Positions 7,083 through 16,186 of a DNA stretch of 32,000 nt are shown piece by piece. Source of the DNA: Candidatus Omnitrophota bacterium. Lineage in GTDB: Bacteria > Omnitrophota > Gorgyraeia > Zapsychrales > JANLHA01. The stretch spans positions 1,620,001-1,652,000 of the forward strand of contig OY759724.1 in assembly GCA_963662715.1 (NCBI GenBank), given 5' to 3'. Numbering within the stretch: position 1 is the stretch's first letter; every line of letters begins with the position of its first letter. Made by a program: the position numbers and the translations under genes. The notes beneath the pieces were generated by a model. That model was not told the origin of the DNA. It did no database searches and saw only the letters and a program-made list of their open reading frames with translations.

Positions 7083-10049
7083 GTGTCTGGGGAACAAACG
7101 CTCATCAAAGATAACCTGTTTTATTTTAATAAGTCATGTCCAATGATTTGGCGTATTGAGATCAAAGAAAAATCAGAAATTTTTGATGCTTTAGGAGAAA
7201 GTGTTCTAAAGGACATCCTCGGCCTGGGCATTTCGACGATAACCCGCGTGGGCGTCACGCACGTCTATACGATAAAATCCGCCTTAACAGAAAAACAGAT
7301 CCAGCGGGTTGCCTCTCAGCTTCTGGTTGATCCTGTTACCCAGGATTACCGGTGTTTTCCTCTGGAGCGATATGCCTCCGTTGAGCAGAAAAACAGTTCC
7401 CGGACCGAGATAGAAATCGCTTATAACCCGGGGGTCATGGATCCTGTCGAGGCTTCGACCATTAAAGGGATCAAAGACCTGGGGCTTGAAAGCGTGGCTT
7501 GGGTGCGGACTGCCAAAAAGTATTATTTGTATGGCCAACTGACCCGGAAACAGACTGAGTTGATTATTGAAAAAGTCCTGTCGAATAAACTTATTCAGCA
7601 TGCCGTGGAAGACCCCGTTTCCTCTTATGGCGATATTTCCGTTGCCGGCGCCTCGAAAGACAATATTCACACGATTGATATTTTATCCATGTCGGACCGT
7701 CGCCTGTCGAAACTGAGCGAAGAGGGGCAGCTGTTCCTGAACCTGGAAGAAATGAAAACGATTCAGGAATATTATCAGGCCAGGAAACGGAACCCGACGG
7801 ATTGTGAATTGGAGACTATTGCGCAAACCTGGAGTGAACATTGTCATCATAAAACGTTCCGGGGCAAGATACATTACGAGTATGAAGAAAACGGACAGAC
7901 CAAGACGAAGCTGATAAGAAATCTTTTAAAGTCCACGATTATTAAAGCGACAGAGAAAAATAATAAATCGTGGTGTGTGTCCGTGTTCCATGATAATGCC
8001 GGAGTTATTAAGTTTGATAAGGATACGAATGTCTGTTTCAAGGTCGAAACTCATAACCATCCTTCGGCTCTGGAACCGTTCGGCGGGGCGAATACCGGCA
8101 TCGGCGGCGTGATCCGCGATATCTTGGGGACGGGACTGGGGGCCAAGCCTATCTGCAATACGGACGTTTTTTGTTTTGCTCCTCCTGATTGCGCGGCAGA
8201 AGATCTTCCGGCCGGGACATTGCATCCGAAACGTATTATGAAGGGGGTTGTCTCCGGGGTGCGGGATTACGGCAATAAAATGGGGATCCCGACGGTTAAC
8301 GGGGCGATTCTTTTCGACAAGGGGTTTATCGGAAATCCGTTGGTTTATTGCGGCAATGTCGGGCTGATTCCCAAAGGAAAGGAATTTAAAAAGGTTTCGA
8401 AGGGGGACTGCATTGTTGTGGTCGGAGGCCGGACAGGCCGGGACGGTATCCATGGGGCGACTTTTTCCTCGGCGGAATTAACCGATGCCTCGGAAGTTGT
8501 GTCTTCCGGAGCCGTACAGATCGGGGATCCTATTCAAGAAAAGAAGGTCCTGGATTGTCTTTTGCATGCCCGGGACAGGGATCTTTATCGTGCTATCACG
8601 GACTGCGGGGCCGGAGGGCTCTCCTCGGCTGTCGGGGAAATGGGCGAGGATCTTGGGGCGCGGGTTGACCTTGAAAAAGTCCCGTTAAAGTATCAGGGGC
8701 TCTCTTACATGGAGATCTGGATTTCCGAATCTCAGGAACGCATGGTTTTGGCTGTCAGTCCCGGTAATGTTAAGGCTTTGTTAGCTGTTTTTGAAGAAGA
8801 GAATGTGGAAGCCACCGTGATAGGAACTTTTTCCGGCACCAGGCGGCTGGAACTGTTTTTTTACGGCCGGAAGGTCTGTGACCTGGATATGGAGTTTTTG
8901 CATCATGGTGTCCCGGACATCACAAAGAAGGCCTGCTGGAAACCGCTCCGGAGAAAACAACCGCAGGTTCAGTGTGCGGAGGTTTTAACCCCGGACCTTT
9001 TAGATGCGCTCTCGCATTATAATGTCTGCTCCAAGGAGTGGGTGATCCGCCAGTATGATCATGAGGTTCAGGGAGGGAGTGTCATTAAGCCTTTGGTGGG
9101 GGCGCAATGTGACGGCCCTTCAGATGCCAGTGTCATCCGGCCTCACCTGAATTCCCGGAAAGGACTTGCGGTTTCTAACGGGATTAATATCCTTTACGGG
9201 AAAATCGATCCTTACTGGATGGCGGCTGCCTGTATCGATGAAGCTGTCCGTCAGATCATCGCTGTAGGGGGGAACCCCGACCGTATCGCTATTTTAGATA
9301 ATTTTTGCTGGGGCAATCCGGACAAACCGGATCGTCTCGGCGGGCTTGTCCGGGCGGCGCAGGGATGTTATAAGGCTTCCGTCGGATACGGCGTCCCGTT
9401 TATCTCCGGGAAAGACAGCCTGTATAACGAGTACACCCTGGATAAGAAATCCATCGCCATCCCCGGCACCCTGCTTATTTCTGCCATCGGAGTCGTTGAG
9501 GATGTCTCCCGCTGTGTGACCATGGATTTCAAGAAAGCGGGGAATTTGATTTATCTTATCGGAGAAACATATGATGAATTAGGCGGGTCGATTTATTATG
9601 ATACTCTGGGTGTTCTGGGCTGTGATGTGCCGCAGGTTCGTCTCAGCAAGGGGAAGAAAAATTTTGCTGCGGTTGCCCAGGCGGTTCGTCAGGGATGCGT
9701 GGTTTCTCTGCATGATTGTTCGGAAGGAGGCCTGGGGGTGGCTCTGGCTGAGATGTCTTTCAGCGGCGGATTGGGGGTCACGGCTCAGCTGAAGCATGTT
9801 TGTTATCGGGGAGAAAACCTACGGAATGATCATATACTATTTTCGGAATCCACATCCCGTTTCCTGGCGGAAGTCAGCCCCGGGCGACAAAAAGCTTTTG
9901 AGAAGATTATGGGAACAGCGGCTTGCCGGTGTATCGGCCGGGTGGAGGAAAGTCCGGAGTTCGTCATTTACGGGATTGATGAGCGTGTCTGTGTTAATGT
10001 GTTGATCCAGGATCTCAAGAAAGCATGGCGGCAGCCGTTAAGCTGGTGA
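7083..10049 (+). CDS. purL: FGAM synthase subunit PurL with two fused N-terminal PurS-like domains (PurS-PurS-PurL)
   Basis: The PurL core is present (AQTWSEHCHHKTF, ETHNHPSALEPFGGANTGIGGVIRD, ITDCGAGGLSSAVGE). It is preceded by two ~80-aa PurS-like segments. The start is uncertain between the GTG at 7083 (track) and the ATG at 7143. Confidence 0.9.
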   Translation: MSGEQTLIKDNLFYFNKSCPMIWRIEIKEKSEIFDALGESVLKDILGLGISTITRVGVTHVYTIKSALTEKQIQRVASQLLVDPVTQDYRCFPLERYASVEQKNSSRTEIEIAYNPGVMDPVEASTIKGIKDLGLESVAWVRTAKKYYLYGQLTRKQTELIIEKVLSNKLIQHAVEDPVSSYGDISVAGASKDNIHTIDILSMSDRRLSKLSEEGQLFLNLEEMKTIQEYYQARKRNPTDCELETIAQTWSEHCHHKTFRGKIHYEYEENGQTKTKLIRNLLKSTIIKATEKNNKSWCVSVFHDNAGVIKFDKDTNVCFKVETHNHPSALEPFGGANTGIGGVIRDILGTGLGAKPICNTDVFCFAPPDCAAEDLPAGTLHPKRIMKGVVSGVRDYGNKMGIPTVNGAILFDKGFIGNPLVYCGNVGLIPKGKEFKKVSKGDCIVVVGGRTGRDGIHGATFSSAELTDASEVVSSGAVQIGDPIQEKKVLDCLLHARDRDLYRAITDCGAGGLSSAVGEMGEDLGARVDLEKVPLKYQGLSYMEIWISESQERMVLAVSPGNVKALLAVFEEENVEATVIGTFSGTRRLELFFYGRKVCDLDMEFLHHGVPDITKKACWKPLRRKQPQVQCAEVLTPDLLDALSHYNVCSKEWVIRQYDHEVQGGSVIKPLVGAQCDGPSDASVIRPHLNSRKGLAVSNGINILYGKIDPYWMAAACIDEAVRQIIAVGGNPDRIAILDNFCWGNPDKPDRLGGLVRAAQGCYKASVGYGVPFISGKDSLYNEYTLDKKSIAIPGTLLISAIGVVEDVSRCVTMDFKKAGNLIYLIGETYDELGGSIYYDTLGVLGCDVPQVRLSKGKKNFAAVAQAVRQGCVVSLHDCSEGGLGVALAEMSFSGGLGVTAQLKHVCYRGENLRNDHILFSESTSRFLAEVSPGRQKAFEKIMGTAACRCIGRVEESPEFVIYGIDERVCVNVLIQDLKKAWRQPLSW

Positions 10050-10139
10050 TCATCGGCGCAGGAATATGGGCGGGGAGTGTTTTTACGGTGAAAAGAAGGG
10101 AACTTTAAAGGCAATAACAAAAAGACAAGGTGGTGCGTG

Positions 10140-10799
10140 ATGACAGCAGGACGAAGATCGGCGGACGAGATCAATAATATGGAAGATCCGTGGCGCGTTT
10201 TTCGGATTATGGCCGAGTTTGTCGACGGGTTTCATCAGCTCTCGCAGATAGGGGACGCAGTGACTATCTTCGGATCCGCCCGGACAACACCCAGTCATCC
10301 GATGTATAAAAAGGCGGTTAAGACCGCGGAACTGCTCGTGAAGGAAGGGTATAGTATCATTACCGGCGGGGGGCCGGGGATCATGGAGGCCGCCAACAAA
10401 GGGGCGTTTGTTGAGCCGGAGCGGTCCATCGGGTTGAATATTGAACTGCCTTTTGAGCAAAAACCGAATAAATATATTTCCCGGCTTATTAATTTTCATT
10501 ATTTCTTTTGCCGTAAAGTTATGTTCGTGAAATATGCCAAAGCTTTTGTCATTTTTCCGGGGGGGTTCGGAACCTTGGATGAATTTTTCGAAAGCATCAC
10601 GCTGATTCAGACCGAACGCATTAACCGCTTCCCCGTTGTCTTGTTCGGGACAGATTACTGGAAAGGTCTGGTGCAATGGCTGGAAAACACCTTGCTGACG
10701 GAAGGTAATATCCATAAGAGGGATATGGATATCTTTTCTGTCGTCGATAAACCCGAGGATGTCATTAAATCTATCCGTCGTTTTTATAAGAGAAAGTAA
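10140..10799 (+). CDS. LOG / TIGR00730-family nucleotide 5'-monophosphate nucleosidase (lysine-decarboxylase-like fold)
   Basis: Signature motifs TGGGPGIMEAANKGA and FPGGFGTLDEFFE. I chose the ATG at 10140, 6 nt after AAGGTGG; the GTG at 10137 is the alternative. Confidence 0.85.
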   Translation: MTAGRRSADEINNMEDPWRVFRIMAEFVDGFHQLSQIGDAVTIFGSARTTPSHPMYKKAVKTAELLVKEGYSIITGGGPGIMEAANKGAFVEPERSIGLNIELPFEQKPNKYISRLINFHYFFCRKVMFVKYAKAFVIFPGGFGTLDEFFESITLIQTERINRFPVVLFGTDYWKGLVQWLENTLLTEGNIHKRDMDIFSVVDKPEDVIKSIRRFYKRK

Positions 10800-10800
10800 G

Positions 10801-11613
10801 ATGAAAAACAAAGCGCGAGTTGTTGTGTTGCGTACGGCAGGGACAAACTGCGACGCGGAGACGGCCTATGCTTTCACGGAAAGCGGCGCGTGTGTTGATC
10901 TAGTCCATATGAACAGGTTTTCCCGCCGACAAGTCCTGTTGAAGGATTATCATATCCTGGCCATCCCGGGAGGCTTTACCTACGGCGACGACATTATGTC
11001 GGGGCGTATTTTGGCGAACGAGCTGCGGTTGAGCTTGGGGAAAGATATCGAGGACTTTATTGCTTCCGGGAAATTAATTATCGGAATCTGCAACGGATTT
11101 CAGGTTCTGGTCCGTGCAGGTATTTTGCCCGGCCCGCTTGAGGGGGACAGCGTCTGGCATCAGGGTGTGCCGCAAACGGTGAGCCTTTGTCATAATGATT
11201 CGGGAAAATTTGAGGACCGCTGGGTTCATCTCCAGCTTAGCGGGGAGTCTGTCTGGACAAAAGGACTGCCCAACATCGTTTTTTTTCCTGTCGCCCATGC
11301 GGAAGGAAAGTTCGTTCCCGGAGATGACCGTGTTGTAGATATCTTGAAAGGGAACGGACAGGTGGTTTTCCGTTATTGTTCCGCAGACGGAGACGCCGTG
11401 TCTTATCCCGGCAACCCCAACGGTTCGGTTGATCATATCGCCGGGATTACGGACAGGACCGGCCGTATCCTGGGGCTTATGCCGCATCCGGAACGGCATT
11501 TTCATTTTACGCAGCATCCTTTTTGGACACGGCTGGAGAAGAGTTCTGACTATGGAGACGGGGCCGGAATTTTTGAAAACGGCGTCAGGTATGTTCAGGA
11601 GAATTTATTATAA
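10801..11613 (+). CDS. purQ: FGAM synthase glutamine amidotransferase subunit PurQ
   Basis: Catalytic GICNGFQ cysteine and MPHPER histidine motifs. The ATG at 10801 directly follows the stop codon of the LOG gene. The track start at 10759 lies inside the LOG gene. Confidence 0.92.
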   Translation: MKNKARVVVLRTAGTNCDAETAYAFTESGACVDLVHMNRFSRRQVLLKDYHILAIPGGFTYGDDIMSGRILANELRLSLGKDIEDFIASGKLIIGICNGFQVLVRAGILPGPLEGDSVWHQGVPQTVSLCHNDSGKFEDRWVHLQLSGESVWTKGLPNIVFFPVAHAEGKFVPGDDRVVDILKGNGQVVFRYCSADGDAVSYPGNPNGSVDHIAGITDRTGRILGLMPHPERHFHFTQHPFWTRLEKSSDYGDGAGIFENGVRYVQENLL

Positions 11614-11632
11614 GGACGCCACAGGATATATT

Positions 11633-12643
11633 ATGAAATCAGTCACATATAAATCAAGCGGGGTGGATATTGACCGGGCTAATGCTTTTGTCCGTTCGAT
11701 CAAAAAGATGACCCGGACGACGTTCTCTTCTCCGTTGCCTTCGGCTTTAGGCGGGTTCGGAAGTTTGTTCCCGTTCCCCCGGCAGAAGTACCGGGAGCCT
11801 GTGCTGGTCTCATCCACGGACGGCGTGGGGACAAAACTTCTTATCGCCCAGGCTTTGGGCCGGCATGATACGGTCGGGATTGACTGTGTGGCTATGAATG
11901 TTAATGATATCTTGTGTTCCGGTGCCCAACCGCTTTTTTTTCTCGACTATATCGCCTGCGGAAAGTTGCAGCCCGGAATTCTGCAACAGGTCGTCAAAGG
12001 CATCGTCAAAGGTTGCCGTCAGTCCGGGTGCGGTCTTATTGGCGGAGAAACGGCTGAGATGCCCGGGATGTACGGTGCGGATGAATACGATCTGGCAGGA
12101 TTTTCCGTCGGGGTCGTTGATAAAAAGAACATTGTCGACGGCTCCGGTATCGTTCCCGGAGATCAGCTGATTGGGCTGGCCTCCAACGGGCTTCATTCCA
12201 ACGGATTCAGCCTGGTTCGGAAAGTTTTTTCGCCGGAAGAGCAGAAGATGTTATCCAGGGAGTTGCTGAAACCGACCCGCATTTATGTCCAGGAAGTGCT
12301 GGAAGCTTTGAAGCTTTATCCTATTAAAGGAATGGCCCATATAACGGGAGGGGCCTATTATGAAAAATTAACGAAAATTGTTCCGCCCGGACATTGTTTT
12401 GTCATCAACCGTCAGGCCTGGCCTGTCCCTAAAATGTTTCAGATGATTCAGACGAAAGGCCTGGTTCCCGATGAGGATATGTATAAGACTTTCAACATGG
12501 GGCTGGGAATGGTTTTGGTTGTCCGCCCTGAGGATGCGCAGCCTGTGAAACATTTTTTTGCCAAAAAACGCATAAAAGCCTATAGGATAGGAGAAGTGGT
12601 TAAAGATAGAAAGAAGAAAGTTAAAATTGTTAAGGGCCCATAG
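11633..12643 (+). CDS. purM: Phosphoribosylformylglycinamidine cyclo-ligase (AIR synthase)
   Basis: YKSSGVDID, STDGVGTKL and GGETAEMPGMY motifs. I chose the ATG at 11633 (AGGA upstream). The track start at 11429 lies inside purQ. Confidence 0.92.
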   Translation: MKSVTYKSSGVDIDRANAFVRSIKKMTRTTFSSPLPSALGGFGSLFPFPRQKYREPVLVSSTDGVGTKLLIAQALGRHDTVGIDCVAMNVNDILCSGAQPLFFLDYIACGKLQPGILQQVVKGIVKGCRQSGCGLIGGETAEMPGMYGADEYDLAGFSVGVVDKKNIVDGSGIVPGDQLIGLASNGLHSNGFSLVRKVFSPEEQKMLSRELLKPTRIYVQEVLEALKLYPIKGMAHITGGAYYEKLTKIVPPGHCFVINRQAWPVPKMFQMIQTKGLVPDEDMYKTFNMGLGMVLVVRPEDAQPVKHFFAKKRIKAYRIGEVVKDRKKKVKIVKGP

Positions 12644-12718
12644 CCCTTGTGGCATGATTTGACGGGAGCGCGGGAGCCGTGTCAACTCATGAACGCTTAA
12701 TGGATAGAGGGAGTGATT

Positions 12719-14002
12719 ATGAATGTCCTGGTGGTTGGTTCCGGCGGACGTGAACATGTTCTTGCCTGGAAGCTGAAGCAAAGTGCGAGAGTGAAAAATG
12801 TTTTTTGTGCTCCGGGCAACGGGGGGATGGCGGAGTTTGCGGAGTGTCTGCCTGTCGATGCGACGGACATAGACGCTTTAGTGAAGTTAGCCAAGGGAAA
12901 GAGCGTGGATTTGACAATCGTAGGTCCTGAAGCCCCGCTGGTCAAAGGGATTGTTGATGCTTTTCACCTGAAAGGGCTGACGGTTTTCGGGCCGAGTCAA
13001 AAAGCGGCTATGCTCGAGGGGAGCAAGGTTTTTGCCAAACAATTTATGCAGCGATATAAAATACCCACAGCTGATTTTAAGATTTTTGATCAGGCGCAAG
13101 AAGCCAGACGTTTTTTGGAGCAGACACGTTTCCCCATCGTTATTAAAGCGGATGGATTGGCGGCGGGGAAAGGGGTTTTTGTCTGTCAGAATCTTGAGGA
13201 AGGGCTGGAGGCTCTTGAGCAGACGATGGTTCAAAAGGTCTTTCAGGACGCGGGACAGAAAATTGTTGTTGAGGAATGTCTGACCGGAGAAGAAGTTTCT
13301 ATCCTCGCCGTTAGTGACGGCATGAATTACGTGCTTCTGGATTCTTCCCAGGATCATAAAAGGATATTCGATGATGATCTGGGGCCCAACACCGGAGGGA
13401 TGGGCGCGTATTCCCCGGCCCCGGTCGCCACGAAAAGCAGGCTTTATCATATTGATAAATATATTATTGCTCCGACGATCAGAGGCATGTCGCAAGACGG
13501 GTGTCCTTTTCAGGGCGTGCTTTATGCCGGCCTGATGATGACAGCTGACGGGCCTAAAGTTTTGGAATACAATGTCCGGTTCGGTGATCCGGAAGCCCAG
13601 GTCGTTTTGCCGCGGCTTAAGAATGATTTGGCGGACCTTCTGCTGGCGGCGAGCCAGGGACAGCTTGACGACGTATCCTTGGAATGGGATCAAAGAAGCT
13701 GCGTCTGCGTTGTGATGAGCTCGGGAGGGTATCCCGGAGACTATGAGAAAGGTAAGGTTATATCAGGATTGGATCGTTTTTCTGACTCTGAGGATGTTGT
13801 TGTCTTTCATGCCGGCACAAAAAAGACAGAGTCCGGGGTTGTGACATCCGGCGGCCGGGTCTTGGGAGTGACCGCTTTGGGTGAGGGGGTTGAGGCGGCG
13901 ATTCATAAAGCGTATCAGGCCGTTGAACAGATTCATTTCGACCGTTGCTTTTTCCGCCGGGATATCGGGGCCAAAGCTTTGAAAAAGTGTCAAATGACAT
14001 AA
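12719..14002 (+). CDS. purD: Phosphoribosylamine-glycine ligase
   Basis: VLVVGSGGREHVLAWKL, the ATP-grasp core (VIKADGLAAGKGV) and EYNVRFGDPE. The ATG at 12719 is 6 nt after GAGGGAG. Confidence 0.93.
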   Translation: MNVLVVGSGGREHVLAWKLKQSARVKNVFCAPGNGGMAEFAECLPVDATDIDALVKLAKGKSVDLTIVGPEAPLVKGIVDAFHLKGLTVFGPSQKAAMLEGSKVFAKQFMQRYKIPTADFKIFDQAQEARRFLEQTRFPIVIKADGLAAGKGVFVCQNLEEGLEALEQTMVQKVFQDAGQKIVVEECLTGEEVSILAVSDGMNYVLLDSSQDHKRIFDDDLGPNTGGMGAYSPAPVATKSRLYHIDKYIIAPTIRGMSQDGCPFQGVLYAGLMMTADGPKVLEYNVRFGDPEAQVVLPRLKNDLADLLLAASQGQLDDVSLEWDQRSCVCVVMSSGGYPGDYEKGKVISGLDRFSDSEDVVVFHAGTKKTESGVVTSGGRVLGVTALGEGVEAAIHKAYQAVEQIHFDRCFFRRDIGAKALKKCQMT

Positions 14003-14048
14003 GAGAAAGTTTTTTGTCGTTTATCCTTTTAACGTAAGGAACAAAGGT

Positions 14049-14534
14049 ATGGAATCAATCCAAGTTGCAGTCATGATGGGAAGTCAGTCCGACGCCCCGA
14101 CGATGCAGGAGACAGTCAAAATCCTTAAAGATTTTGGTGTCGGATGCGAGGTCAAGATTCTTTCAGCACACCGTACTCCGAAAGAAACGGCGGAATATGC
14201 CGAAGGCCTTCAAGCCCGCGGTATCCAGGTGGTTATTTGCGGTGCGGGAGGGTCCGCGGCTTTAGCCGGAGTTGTGGCCGCGCATACGTTGTTGCCCGTT
14301 ATAGGAATTCCGATAGAATCTGTATTGCAGGGGATGGATTCTTTACTGTCCACGGTTCAGATGCCTCCGGGCGTTCCGGTCGGCGGGGTTGCTATCGGTA
14401 AGCCGGGAGCGAAGAACGCGGCTTTGCTCGCATTGAGAATCTTGGCCTTACGGGACGGGTCCCTGGGGTCGAAGTTGCGGGAGTTCCAGGAGGCACAGAA
14501 ACAGAAAATTCTGCAACAAAAGGTGGATTTTTGA
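14049..14534 (+). CDS. purE: N5-CAIR mutase / AIR carboxylase catalytic subunit PurE
   Basis: VMMGSQSDAPTM, ILSAHRTP and VPVGGVAIG motifs; 161 aa. No purK is present in this window. Confidence 0.9.
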   Translation: MESIQVAVMMGSQSDAPTMQETVKILKDFGVGCEVKILSAHRTPKETAEYAEGLQARGIQVVICGAGGSAALAGVVAAHTLLPVIGIPIESVLQGMDSLLSTVQMPPGVPVGGVAIGKPGAKNAALLALRILALRDGSLGSKLREFQEAQKQKILQQKVDF

Positions 14535-15595
14535 AAACCGAAATAGTCCCGATTAATTCAGATTTCCCCGAACTGGATAAGATCGCTTATTGCGCAAAGG
14601 TCATCCGTCACGGGGGATTGGTGATTTTTCCCACGGAAACCGTCTATGGAATCGCGGCTGATTATAATAATCCCAAAGCGATGGGCCGGTTGCGGGACGT
14701 TAAAAAACGGGCGGAGAATAAGCCTTTCTCTATCCATATTGCTCAAAAAGGTCTTGTGTATAATTATACATCCATGACCGACCCGAGACTTTATAAATTG
14801 ATCGATCACTGTTGGCCCGGCCCTTTAACTGTCATTGTCCCTTCCCGGGAAGCGGATCAGACTATAGGTATTCGGATGCCGCAGAATAATATCGCCTTGA
14901 TGCTTGTGCAGGAATCTCAATGTACGGTTGCGGCTCCATCGGCCAATTTTTCCGGCCAGCCTCCCCCTTCGACCTGTCAGGAGGCCTTGCGTGATCTGGA
15001 CGGGTTGGTGGACGTGGCTATCGACGGAGGTTCAGCCCAACTTGGACTCGCCTCCTCGGTGGTTGATTTTACTCAGGGAGATCCGAAAATCCTGCGCGCA
15101 GGGGTCATTACCCAGGAAGAGGTGGATGCGATCACTCAAAAGAAATCCATTCTTTTTGTCTGTACCGGCAATAGCTGCCGGTCGGTGATGGCAGAATATT
15201 TATTGAGAGATTTTTTGCGTGGGCGCAATGATGTGGAGATATTTTCTGCGGGGACGGGGGTTTTCCTGCATTCCTCGGCCAGCAAAGAGACGCTGCATGT
15301 CCTTAGCCAGGAAGGGATCGATGCTTCTCTGCATGTGTCTCAGCCCGTAACGAATATTTTATTGAATAAGTCGGATTTGATCCTCGTCATGACGCGTTCT
15401 CACCGTCAGCAGATCCTGGAGCGTTTGCCGGTTGTGGAAAATCGCGTGTACTTGTTGCGGGAATTTCATGACGAGCCGCTGTCGACCCACTTGAACCTGG
15501 ATATCCCTGACCCGATTGGCAAGCCGGCTGAGGCCTATGAAGAATGTCTTATCATGATTAAGGAAGCTATACAGAAATTGGTTCATTTGATTTGA
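14531..15595 (+). CDS. Fusion: L-threonylcarbamoyladenylate synthase (TsaC/YrdC domain) + low-molecular-weight protein phosphatase (YwlE-like)
   Basis: The N-terminal half has the YrdC motifs (VIFPTETVYGIAAD, WPGPLTVIV, SANFSGQPP). The C-terminal half has the LMW-PTP P-loop FVCTGNSCRS (CX5R-S) and the IPDPIG acid loop. The TTG start overlaps the purE stop. Confidence 0.85.
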   Translation: MKTEIVPINSDFPELDKIAYCAKVIRHGGLVIFPTETVYGIAADYNNPKAMGRLRDVKKRAENKPFSIHIAQKGLVYNYTSMTDPRLYKLIDHCWPGPLTVIVPSREADQTIGIRMPQNNIALMLVQESQCTVAAPSANFSGQPPPSTCQEALRDLDGLVDVAIDGGSAQLGLASSVVDFTQGDPKILRAGVITQEEVDAITQKKSILFVCTGNSCRSVMAEYLLRDFLRGRNDVEIFSAGTGVFLHSSASKETLHVLSQEGIDASLHVSQPVTNILLNKSDLILVMTRSHRQQILERLPVVENRVYLLREFHDEPLSTHLNLDIPDPIGKPAEAYEECLIMIKEAIQKLVHLI

Positions 15596-15651
15596 TTGGT
15601 TCAGGAATTGCCCGGTCTTTAAACAATATAAATATAAAACAGGACAAAAGA

Positions 15652-16137
15652 ATGAAGATTTTTATTGCCGCAGATCACAGAGGATTTTCCCTTAAAGCTT
15701 CCCTGAAAAAGATATTGTCGGGGAAAGGCCATGAGGTTATTGACGAAGGTTGTTATGAGGAGGGGCTAACATGCGATTATCCCGAATTTTCGTATAAAGT
15801 TGCGACAGCGGTAAGCCGTACGTCTGATTCCAGAGGCATTTTGGTCTGTTTGACGGGGATCGGGCATACGATTGCTGCGAATAAAGTTCCCGGTGCTTAT
15901 GCGGCTTTATGTTACAATAAGCAAGCGGCGTTTTTATCCCGCGCCCATAACAATGCGAATATTCTGGTCTTGGGGGCGCAATTTATTCCGGAGACGGATT
16001 TGAACGATATCGTGACGACGTGGTTGGAGACGGATTTTCAGGGCGGGCGGCATCTGCGTCGAGTCGAAAAGATCCGGGATATTGAAAAGAATTTTTTAAA
16101 AGTTATTCCGGCTCAGGAAGAGTCTTCCCCTTCTTAA
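15652..16137 (+). CDS. rpiB: Ribose-5-phosphate isomerase B (RpiB/LacAB family)
   Basis: [25 protein letters not shown] and [11 protein letters not shown] motifs. I chose the ATG at 15652 rather than the track start at 15592. Confidence 0.88.
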   Translation: MKIFIAADHRGFSLKASLKKILSGKGHEVIDEGCYEEGLTCDYPEFSYKVATAVSRTSDSRGILVCLTGIGHTIAANKVPGAYAALCYNKQAAFLSRAHNNANILVLGAQFIPETDLNDIVTTWLETDFQGGRHLRRVEKIRDIEKNFLKVIPAQEESSPS

Positions 16138-16186
16138 GGGACAGGGGATTTTTTTGGGGAAAAGGGTTTATGTAAAGGGGACACGA

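Noticed and set aside
10083-10811. 242-aa minus-strand ORF
   Set aside because: It is fully antisense to the LOG-family gene, which carries both family signatures. The antisense product has no motifs.
12887-13693. 268-aa minus-strand ORF
   Set aside because: It is antisense to purD, whose identity is unambiguous, so this is a shadow ORF.
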